A DNA stretch of 57,857 bases, from the NCBI GenBank assembly GCA_017476765.1, contig JAFUZE010000298.1:1-57857 (forward strand), given 5' to 3'. The notes beneath the pieces are model-generated. The model was given only the letters and a program-made list of their open reading frames with translations, had not been told where the DNA came from and did not search any database. Numbering within the stretch: the first letter of the stretch is position 1; every line of letters starts with the position of its first letter. This DNA comes from Lachnospiraceae bacterium (GTDB lineage: Bacteria; Bacillota; Clostridia; Lachnospirales; Lachnospiraceae). The translations under genes and the position numbers were made by a program. Positions 48,453 to 56,484 of the stretch are shown in pieces.

Positions 48453-49075
48453 AAATATATGCCCTAAACGCCAGCCCTCGTAAAGGCTGGAACAGTGATG
48501 AAATGCTTGATGCTTTCATCAGTGGAATCAATGAATCGAACGCTGATATTGAAGTTGAAAAAGTAAACATCTACGATTTGGACTTCAAAGGCTGCCGCAG
48601 TTGTTTCGCCTGTCAGATGAAGTCTACAGAGGATGGCCAGTGTCTGTTCCGTGATGGTGCTTATGATCTGCTCCGCGGAATCAAATCCTCAGATGGACTT
48701 GTTTTCGCTGCTCCCGTTTACTATTTTGATGTACCATCACAAATGAGGGCGATACTGGAAAGGCTTTTTTATCCCGGAGAGTGCGACCATGAAATACCCG
48801 TAGCTGCTATCTATACAATGAACCAAAAGCAGGAGAATATGGACAAATTCTTCAAACACCACTTGGATGATATCGCCTTTTTCCTCCGAAATCAGTTCAA
48901 GACCGAACCTGAGCAACTATATGTCTGCAATACGCTCCATTGGAAAAACCCTGAAAAATATAAATTCCCGATGGAATGGTATAGTGACAAATCACAGTAT
49001 CATGATGAACAGTATTCCGTTGACCTTCAAGCCTGCCATGACGCAGGTATCAGACTTGCAAATAAAATCAGTTAA
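48449..49075 (+). CDS. Second flavodoxin-like FMN reductase paralog
   Basis: ATG 48449 overlaps the previous stop (ATGA). MKIYALNASPRKGWNS, GCRSCFACQ, LVFAAPVYYFDVPS. Confidence 0.85.
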   Translation: MKIYALNASPRKGWNSDEMLDAFISGINESNADIEVEKVNIYDLDFKGCRSCFACQMKSTEDGQCLFRDGAYDLLRGIKSSDGLVFAAPVYYFDVPSQMRAILERLFYPGECDHEIPVAAIYTMNQKQENMDKFFKHHLDDIAFFLRNQFKTEPEQLYVCNTLHWKNPEKYKFPMEWYSDKSQYHDEQYSVDLQACHDAGIRLANKIS

Positions 49076-49084
49076 AGAATAAAA

Positions 49085-49115
49085 GCTTCGGGAAATCTTC
49101 TTCAAATCCCGAAGC
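49085..49115. terminator. Stem-loop terminator between convergent genes
   Basis: GCTTCGGGA-loop-TCCCGAAGC, a 9-bp perfect stem. Confidence 0.55.
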
Positions 49116-49154
49116 CTAACTTTATACACCATTATTCAATACTCTATAATCTAT

Positions 49155-49345
49155 TTACTTCCCTTCATCCTGCATCTGCTCATCCGCCCACTTATATACA
49201 GACTCCAACGCCGGGATCAGCGTCTTTCCTCTCTCCGCAAGAGAATACTCTACCGTCGGAGGAATCGTTGGATACTGCGTCCTGGTAATAAACTTATCCT
49301 GCTCCAACTCCCTCAGACACTTTGTCAGCATATAGTGGCAAAGAA
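49155..49345 (-). pseudogene. N-terminally truncated HxlR-family gene
   Basis: Only the C-terminal half is recognisable (LTKCLRELEQDKFITRTQYPTIPPTVEYSLAERGKTLIPALESVYKW). The upstream part of the track ORF runs through an AT-rich promoter-like sequence. Confidence 0.6.
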
Positions 49346-49357
49346 TATTCTGCCTTC

Positions 49358-49385
49358 TTGTTTTTTCTTTGTGTCTAATTATAAT
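49358..49385 (+). promoter_or_regulatory. Candidate promoter of the OYE operon
   Basis: TTGTTT-N16-TATAAT, about 100 nt upstream of ATG 49487. Confidence 0.5.
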
Positions 49386-49486
49386 AAAGACATGCACAAA
49401 AATCAAGCATGAAGGATACTAGGATCTTAGCGAGGAACGAGCTTAGAGAGACTGTATCCGGAGTAAAACGTAGGAGTGATTTCATC

Positions 49487-50512
49487 ATGAAGAAAATATT
49501 TGAATCTGTCACCATGAATAATATAGCCTTAAAGAACCGACTGGTGCGCTCCGCCACCTGGGAGGGCATTGCAAATCCAGATGGCAGCGTTACTGCTGAG
49601 GCATATGAGATTTATGAAGAACTCGCAAAAGGCGGCATAGGAGCCATCATCACCGGCTTCACCAGTGTCGCCCTGCATGATTACTACTTTGAAGGCATGA
49701 TGCGGCTCTGCGACGATGCGCTCATTCCTCAGTATAAGAAATTAGTGGACATTATCCACGCCGAAGGAACCCCTGTTATCACCCAGCTTGCCCTGGGTGC
49801 CTACTACCGGGAAATGGACGGACGATTCCAGCAGGTTGAACCGGATGACATGACCGAAGAAGAAATCCGATATGTTATACGACAGTTCATCGATGCCGCT
49901 GTCCGTGCAGAGAAAGCGGGCTTTGACGGCGTACAGATACACGCAGCACATTTCTTCTTCCTCAGCCGCTTTATCTCACCTGCCGTAAACCACAGAACAG
50001 ATTCCTATGGCGGCACCGCAGAAAACCGCAGCCGTATCCTTACGGAGATTATGGAGGGTATCCGGAAAGAAGCACCGTCTCTCCACATTACCATCAAGAT
50101 CAACAGTAACGATTTCACCTATGGAGGCCTTGATGAATCTGAAAGCCTTGCTATCTGCAAGCTGCTTGACCAGGCAGAAATTGACTCCATTGAAGTCAGT
50201 GGGAACGGAACCTCCGTCGGCGGCATCAAAGCCCATGTGAATGAAGGGTATTTTGCCCCCTTTGCTGCATCCGTGGCTGAAGCAGTATCCTGCCCTGTCA
50301 TAGTAGTCGGCGGTTTCCGCAGCCTGGATACTATGGAAGATATCTTAAACAAGACAAGAATAGAACTTATCTCACTCTCCCGCCCTCTTCTGAGAGAACC
50401 GGATATTCCGAATAAGATGAAGGCTGACACGACAGTGATATCAAAATGTGTATCCTGCAACGCCTGCTATTCATCACCTTCACATAAATGTATTTTCAGA
50501 GGGAGGGACTGA
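49487..50512 (+). CDS. NADH:flavin oxidoreductase (Old Yellow Enzyme family)
   Basis: LKNRLVRSATWEG, GFDGVQIHAAHFFFLSRFISP, NxRTDSYGG. C-terminal CVSCNACY. Confidence 0.9.
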   Translation: MKKIFESVTMNNIALKNRLVRSATWEGIANPDGSVTAEAYEIYEELAKGGIGAIITGFTSVALHDYYFEGMMRLCDDALIPQYKKLVDIIHAEGTPVITQLALGAYYREMDGRFQQVEPDDMTEEEIRYVIRQFIDAAVRAEKAGFDGVQIHAAHFFFLSRFISPAVNHRTDSYGGTAENRSRILTEIMEGIRKEAPSLHITIKINSNDFTYGGLDESESLAICKLLDQAEIDSIEVSGNGTSVGGIKAHVNEGYFAPFAASVAEAVSCPVIVVGGFRSLDTMEDILNKTRIELISLSRPLLREPDIPNKMKADTTVISKCVSCNACYSSPSHKCIFRGRD

Positions 50513-50514
50513 CT

Positions 50515-51420
50515 ATGATGTTCCGATTAAATGTTCCGACCAAAAGAGGTTCCGTCCTAAACGGTGTTCTCTTTCGTAAGGAAGAAAAGAAAAATACAGA
50601 TACCGTGATGATCGCTATCACCGGGATTCACGGAAATTTCTATTCCAATCCGTTTTATTACAATATCGGTGATACGCTGAACAGTGGGAATATCGACTTC
50701 ATCTATGCACAGACCAACGATGCTTTCGGGCAGATAGAAACCGTCAATGTTAATACCGGAAAGAAGGAAACTATCGGCTCCTGGAATGAGCGTTTCTTCT
50801 ACACGGATGAAGATATCGATGCTTATCTGACCTGGGCAAGCGAAGAAGGATATGAACATATCATCCTTGCAGGACACTCCCTCGGAGCGAACAAGGTGAT
50901 CTACTATCTGTCCCATAACCATGACAAACGTGTGGAGCATTTCTTCCTGCTCTCTCCCGCCAACCTGACTTACATGATGTCCGGCGTGACCGTCAGGGAA
51001 AAGCAGGCTATCAAAGATCAGGTGGCTCGCGGTGACGGTGGCAAGATGCTCCCCTTTCCTTTCATGGGCTAGGTGGAATGCATTGCCAATACCGCCTATG
51101 ACTGGCAATTCTCCGGTTTGCTCAACAATGTTCATACCGCCCATGATGGAGATTTCTCCCAGGCAGAGAAGATCACGCACACCGGAGCCCTATTGGTAGG
51201 TACCTATGACAATTTCACAGACGGAGATCCTTCCGACTTCCTGCGTAATCTGAATGCCCACATGCCGACAGCGGATCAGAACAGACTGATTTTCATTGAA
51301 AAGACCGGGCACACCTACCAGATGAAAAATCAGGAAGTTGCGGATGATATTCTCATGCAGCTTCAGGAATGGAGGTCTCATGATGTCCGGTGGACATCGG
51401 TTTTGAGACAACCGGAATGA
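50515..51420 (+). pseudogene. Alpha/beta hydrolase interrupted by one in-frame TAG (51070-51072)
   Basis: ATG 50515 (GGGAGGG RBS). GHSLGANKV nucleophile elbow. Track ORFs 50488..51072 and 51073..51420 are in the same frame and read ...LPFPFMG*VECIANTAYDW. Confidence 0.65.
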
Positions 51421-51436
51421 AATGGAGACCTGCGTA

Positions 51437-51799
51437 ATGCCATTTATAAAATCAAAGATCAGTATTCCTCTTTCAAAGGAACAGGAAACAGAATTGAAAA
51501 CAAGGATGGGACAGGCGATCGAATTAATTCCTGGTAAAAGTGAAGAATACCTTCTTCTGGAATTTGAAGACAACTGCCATCTCTGGCTTCGCGGAAGAAA
51601 TGATGAGCCTATCGTCTATATCGAAGCCGCCATTTTCGGGAATGAACCTCATTATGGATACGATTCCTTTACGGCAGAAATCACTCATATCTTCTCAGAG
51701 CTTCTCCATACAAAGCCGGAAAACATCTATGTGAAGTATGAAGATATCACCGCATGGGGAGTTCGGGGAATGTATATTGACAGAAATCATTACAGGTGA
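51437..51799 (+). CDS. MIF/tautomerase-superfamily protein
   Basis: Starts MPFIKSKISIP (Pro-1 after Met removal). 120 aa. The spacing of GK..EY, G...EP and P.NIYVKYED resembles MIF/phenylpyruvate tautomerase. Confidence 0.7.
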   Translation: MPFIKSKISIPLSKEQETELKTRMGQAIELIPGKSEEYLLLEFEDNCHLWLRGRNDEPIVYIEAAIFGNEPHYGYDSFTAEITHIFSELLHTKPENIYVKYEDITAWGVRGMYIDRNHYR

Positions 51800-51804
51800 A
51801 AATT

Positions 51805-52470
51805 ATGGAGCAAAAAATCATTTTAACAGCATTCACTGATCCCATGATGGGTTTAAGCTATGAAAGTGAGCCTATCATGGGTCGATTAAAACAAAAATAT
51901 GGCGCACGGATTGAATTCCGCTATGTAATGAGCCTTCTGGTACGGGATGTCTCCGACTTTATGACACCGGAAGAACGCTTGATGGATGCTGAATCCGGCA
52001 TCCTCCGCTATTGCAATCGCCTTGCCGGTATATACAAAAGTGAAGAAGCCATCGGAGGGCTTCCCATCAACATGGACGGCTTCCGTCTGTTCGATACCGA
52101 GCATCGCAGCTCCAAGCCTCTCAATCTCGCCTACAAGGCTGCCCAGCTTACCGATCCGGAGAAGGCTGATGTATTCCTCACAAAGCTCCGCCACGCCACT
52201 GTTATCGACTGCCTTCCGACCACGCACTTTGATGAAATATTGAAGGTTGTTCGGAAAGTCGAAATAGACGAAATATCCTTCAAAAGACATTATCAGGATG
52301 GGAGTGCTGAAAAAGCACTGGAGAAAGACCTGGAATATACCCATCGACTTGGAATCCATTCTCTTCCTGCTTACCTGATTCAACACGGTGAAAAAGCACT
52401 TATCATGCAAAGCTTTGAATATCAGGATTTTACCGAGGCAATCAAAAAAGTATGCAATAACTTATCATAA
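51805..52470 (+). CDS. DsbA-fold protein lacking the CxxC motif (kappa-GST/HCCA-isomerase-like)
   Basis: ATG 51805 with AGGTGA RBS. FTDPMMGLSYESEP occupies the place of F.DP.CPWCY...P. C-terminal GIHSLPAYLI is typical of the DsbA fold. Confidence 0.7.
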   Translation: MEQKIILTAFTDPMMGLSYESEPIMGRLKQKYGARIEFRYVMSLLVRDVSDFMTPEERLMDAESGILRYCNRLAGIYKSEEAIGGLPINMDGFRLFDTEHRSSKPLNLAYKAAQLTDPEKADVFLTKLRHATVIDCLPTTHFDEILKVVRKVEIDEISFKRHYQDGSAEKALEKDLEYTHRLGIHSLPAYLIQHGEKALIMQSFEYQDFTEAIKKVCNNLS

Positions 52471-52474
52471 AAGA

Positions 52475-52507
52475 AGGCTTCAGGGACTATCTAAATCCTT
52501 GAAGCCT
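52475..52507 (+). terminator. Stem-loop after the OYE-DsbA-like operon
   Basis: AGGCTTCAGGGA-loop-TCCTTGAAGCCT; weak T tract. Confidence 0.45.
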
Positions 52508-52555
52508 ATAAACATTCTCATTCGTCCACATCGATCTCAAGCCCCGATTTGAATT

Positions 52556-53131
52556 CTATCGCCAGTTTCTCATCGTAGACGTCCTCTGTATAGACTGCTC
52601 CCATCTGACCACACAGGGATGGAGCGTGTACTTCACGAACTCAAGGGACTGCTGCTCAATATTGGAAAAGCTCGACTTCTCAAGGTCGCCCACCATGTGC
52701 GGCGGCACCCGGAAAATCCGGGCAATCTCATTGATCTGGAACTTCCGAGTCTCCAAAAACTGTGCCTGCTCCGGTGAGATGGAGATAGGCGTGTATGTTT
52801 CCCCACAATAAAAGATGAGTCATCAGCGTTTCCCTGAACACGAATGAACTCATCTCCGGATTCGGCTCGTCATGGAGCAACAGGTATAGCGGATGGTCGA
52901 GCGCCTTTTCCTTGCCGCCGTCCTCCTTGTAGCGGTACATATGGAGCGGCAATCCTGCGATAGCCTCTGCAGGATACGCACACAGGCGTACACCGCCGTC
53001 ATCTGCATCGCGCTCCGCTCCGTCACCACCTTGCCGGACGAGCTTCCGCCCATGTAAAAGGCATACCTCGAACCGACCGTGCTGTCAGTGGGCTTATCCC
53101 TTGACCAAAATAAACCAGTGAATATTCCCAT
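52556..53131 (-). pseudogene. Phage portal protein (HK97-type) remnant, frameshifted and C-terminally truncated
   Basis: Three overlapping track ORFs, spliced by eye, give MGIFTGLFWSRDKPTDSTVGSRYAFYMGGSSSGKVVTERSAMQMTAVYACVRIL... / ...LPLHMYRYKEDGGKEKALDHPLYLLLHDEPNPEMSSFVFRETLMTHLLLWGN / ...ETRKFQINEIARIFRVPPHMVGDLEKSSFSNIEQQSLEFVKYTL. Confidence 0.8.
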
Positions 53132-53274
53132 ATCTCATCACGCTCCTTTCGTTTTCGTGCATGAAAAAAGCACCTGCCCATGTTATCAGGCAGATGCTTT
53201 CTTGTATATCAATTTGCTTTCCCTTAGAATCATAATCGTTTTAAGGGAAAACGAGCATTTTTAAGGAAACGCAA

Positions 53275-54320
53275 CTATTTTGTTCTGTAATAGCAGGTAT
53301 TTTTCCCACTGCCCTCGCGTTTCAGTTCGCCGGAAGCCACCATCTTGCGCAAGGCCCCCTCCACAGAACTGACACTGAGCGACGGGCAAAGTTCCCTGAT
53401 ATCCTGCTTGGTAAAACGACCAATCTTGTTTTGCGTGGCAAGCCTCACTGTCTCAAGGGCAGATTTCTTTGTTTCCACCAAAGTAAATCTATCCTCAAAG
53501 TCTTTATAAGCAGCAAGTATCGTTCCAAGCAGATATTTAATGAACGGAACCGGATCGTCCGTTCCCTCATGCCAGCCATCCTGCGAGGCAGAAAGCGCAT
53601 CATAATATAGATCCTTGTTCTTTGCTATCTTTGCCTCAAGTGAGATATATTTTCCCACATAAAACCCGCACCTATAAAGCAAAAGCGTAGTGAGCAGTCT
53701 GCTCATGCGGCCATTCCCGTCATTGAAGGGATGGATACAGAGGAAGTCGTGAATGAAAACCGGAATTGCAATCAGCGGTTCAAGTTCCAGATTTCCAATG
53801 CCCTGTTGTATTCCTCGCACAGCCTGTCAAGCGCCTCCGGTGTTTCGTAGGGAGCAAGCGGCGTAAAGAGCGTTTCTGTATGCCCGTCGGGATATGTTGT
53901 GCTCATATAGTTCTGCACTGTTTTCGTCCGTCCTGCCACAGGATTGTTCATGTGGCTATAGAGGATCTTATGCAGCTGAAGGATATAGTTCTGCGTGATC
54001 GGGATCGTGTCAAAGCTCTCGTGAATGATTCCCAGCACATCCCTGTAACCTGCAATCTCCTGTTCATCCCGATTCTTAGGCGTCGTTTTTTCTTCCACAA
54101 GCTGTCGGATACGTGTGTTGGTGGTAACAATGCCTTCTATGGCGTTCGATGCCTCCGTACTTTGAATCTTGGCGATCTCGACCAGCTTCTCCAATTCCTT
54201 CGGTCTCTGCTTCAAATACATTTCCTGCTTTCCCGCCTCTTTATATATGGCGGCAACAAGTCCCAGAAGCTCCGAATCCCACTTCTTATCTTTGATCAAT
54301 GCGTAATTGAACTCGCGCAT
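53275..54320 (-). pseudogene. Fic-family protein gene split by a frameshift near 53775-53815
   Basis: The N-terminal part (53772..54320) ends ...LCEEYNRALEIWNLNR*. The C-terminal part, in another frame, reads GNLELEPLIAIPVFIHDFLCIHPFNDGNGRMSRLL (canonical HPFxDGNGRxxR), then a wHTH tail. AAGGAGG RBS before ATG 54320. Confidence 0.8.
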
Positions 54321-54344
54321 TTCCTTGCCTCCTTAAACTTTCCC

Positions 54345-54700
54345 TTATATTATATTTACTTTTAAGGGAATGATCAAGTGCCATAATGGTTGCAATCGCA
54401 CCATCGATCTTCTCCGTTGATTTCTCCTTGTCCGCCTTGATATTTCCCGGCGGTCGAAGGCAATCTCACGGATGTTGAACCGTTCGCCCAGCCGCTCGAT
54501 GAACTTCTCGATGTATCCGTAGTGAACTACGTTGCCCTCCGTGGTCATAAGAAGCCACTGACGCTCCCACAGGTCGTAGGGAACGTGGTCTCTCTTCACA
54601 CGAAGGTCAACGGTCTCTTCCGTATCCAGAAGAATGAGAGAATGGTGTATTTATCCTCCTCATCCTGCGGTGGGAAAACCAGCACGAACGCCGTGATGTC
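54345..54700 (-). pseudogene. Phage terminase large-subunit remnant (N-terminus missing, frameshift, internal deletion, C-terminus replaced)
   Basis: DITAFVLVFPPQDEEDKYTILSFFWI, then a frameshift, then (EE)TVDLRVKRDHVPYDLWERQWLLMTTEGNVVHYGYIEKFIERLGERFNIREIAFDR. This is joined out of frame to GNIKADKEKSTEKIDGAIATIMALD. Confidence 0.7.
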
Positions 54701-55149
54701 TATCAATATATCTGATAGCTCTCTATTCACTTTCATATTCAGGATTTTTTGTGTTCCCGCAACCGAGGTCTAATGCCACAACTACGGTCACTTTTCTCAC
54801 AGGCTCCTTTTCCTTGTGATTTTCACCAGCCTTGCTGAAACTGAAAAACTCTACAAAGTGCGTAAATTCAAGGATTTCTACATATCCTTTCTTTGTAGCA
54901 ACACCACCGTCTCCACATGGCTCGATACGTCCATTTTGATGTCAACCGCTTCGTTCGTTCACGGAAATAAATCCATATAGTTCCGTAAAAACATATCCAC
55001 CGGATTTCGCCTTTGTCTCAATCCCCATTCGTTATCGGGAACAAATCAACCGCTACTCTTCTTCCTTATAATAGCCAGCAGTGAGGAGGTACCATTGCCT
55101 CAATCCTACCTCAGTGCCGAGTGCGTGGAATTCCATCGTCTCAACCCTA

Positions 55150-56244
55150 CTACTGCCGGAAGCGATACTTTCCTTTTCCGAGTCCTGTGACCGGTTCGAT
55201 GAATTCTTTCTCCGCCATCTCTTTAAGCAATGCTGTACTTCTGGTCGGTTTCAAACCGAGGATTTCTTGAACATCTGATCTGCCAAAGATCATCTGAAAG
55301 CCGAATTCCTCCAGCAATTTGCAAATATGAGAAGCCGTTTTCGCTGTAAACGAATTTTCAATGTTCGCTTTTTCTCTGTCAATGTTTGCTTTTTGATCTC
55401 CAATGTTCACTTTTTCCGGTGCCTTAAAGGTGCCGCTGATATGCAATGTCCGATTATGAAGCGGATGATTTTCATTCAGTAAGAGGTTTCTTAAAAACAA
55501 CTCCAGAAACTCAGTGGTTTCATGGATACCGTTTTTCAGGTCATTATAGTTTGCCCGAACAAGCGAATTGCGGAAATACCACGCATTTTCGGCGAAAATG
55601 TCATTTGTCACGTCAAAACCCAGCGTGCGCAGGTACTTGATAAAGAAGACCGCCGTTGTTCTGGTATTACCCTCGCCGAACACATGGATCTGCCACAATC
55701 TGGAGATGAATACCGCAAGATGGTGAATGATCTCGTCCATAGAAAGATTTCGGTAGGAGAACTTTTTCTCTTCGGAGAAATCGTAATCCAGCGTTGCTCT
55801 CAACTCCGTGGCACTGCCGTAGAACACCGTAGCGCCGTCAAGCACCCATTCCTTTTTTGTGATGTTATAGTCGCGAATACGTCCGGCATGAGAATAGATG
55901 CCCGTAAATAATTTACGGTGAATGGATAGGTATTCATTTGGCGTAAAGCTGAATGCTCTTTCCGACAAAAGCGCAGCAATTCTGACCGAGACCTTGTCGG
56001 CCTCCTCCGTGCGATCCTCCGTGTCACGGGCAGGATTCTCCTCATAGTAGCTCTGCAAAAGCGCATTTGCTTCCTCAAAAGAAATCTCACCTTCGATGTT
56101 GCGGACAGCTGTATGCACCAGATATTCAGATGTTTTTAGTCCGTCAACCGCCTGCAGGCCAATGGCCGTATGCCATGCATATCCCTTATCCCGTTTATCC
56201 GGTTCAGACTCTCTGATATATTCTTTAAACGGATCTTTGTTCAT
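55150..56244 (-). CDS. Fic-fold protein with non-canonical active-site motif and C-terminal wHTH
   Basis: 364 aa. HVFGEGNTRTTA in place of HxFx(D/E)GNGRxxR. N-terminal DKGYAWHTAIGLQAVDGLKTSEYL segment. KVNIGDQ/KANIDRE/KANIENS heptad repeats. C-terminal wHTH-like ...EILGLKPTRSTALLKEMAEKEFIEP. Confidence 0.85.
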   Translation of the reverse strand: MNKDPFKEYIRESEPDKRDKGYAWHTAIGLQAVDGLKTSEYLVHTAVRNIEGEISFEEANALLQSYYEENPARDTEDRTEEADKVSVRIAALLSERAFSFTPNEYLSIHRKLFTGIYSHAGRIRDYNITKKEWVLDGATVFYGSATELRATLDYDFSEEKKFSYRNLSMDEIIHHLAVFISRLWQIHVFGEGNTRTTAVFFIKYLRTLGFDVTNDIFAENAWYFRNSLVRANYNDLKNGIHETTEFLELFLRNLLLNENHPLHNRTLHISGTFKAPEKVNIGDQKANIDREKANIENSFTAKTASHICKLLEEFGFQMIFGRSDVQEILGLKPTRSTALLKEMAEKEFIEPVTGLGKGKYRFRQ

Positions 56245-56484
56245 CCAATATCACCTGCCTTTTTATTATCTGTCAGAAAAGTACCGCTGCCCATACAAGG
56301 AGCTGTTGCCGTGTCTAATTTGATACAACATAACGGAGCGGAATTTCTACCCCCTTAACGATGCACCCGCACAGGTGCATTTTTGCACACCCCTGCAAAC
56401 GCGCCGTATGCACCGTTACGGAGTAAGGTATTCGGTTTTATCGCTGCCTGTGCGTACATTTCATTCTCCTCGTGAAACTGGAAT

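Larger units (their letters stand above)
52510..54800 (-). mobile_element. Decayed prophage packaging module (terminase large subunit and portal remnants) with an inserted Fic gene
   Basis: Terminase and portal fragments lie in phage order on the minus strand. Both are truncated and frameshifted. No other phage genes are present. Confidence 0.6.

Noticed and set aside
51070-51072. In-frame TAG as a pyrrolysine codon
   Set aside because: No pyl genes or methylamine methyltransferases are in the window. The context looks like a simple TGG-to-TAG change. This cannot be fully excluded without the whole genome.
54895-54960. Minus-strand peptide MDVSSHVETVVLLQRKDM resembling the HVETVVLL C-terminus of RumA/RlmD-type rRNA methyltransferases, a known integration hotspot for mobile elements in Firmicutes
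   Set aside because: Only ~9 residues match. That is insufficient to call an att-site remnant without a database search.
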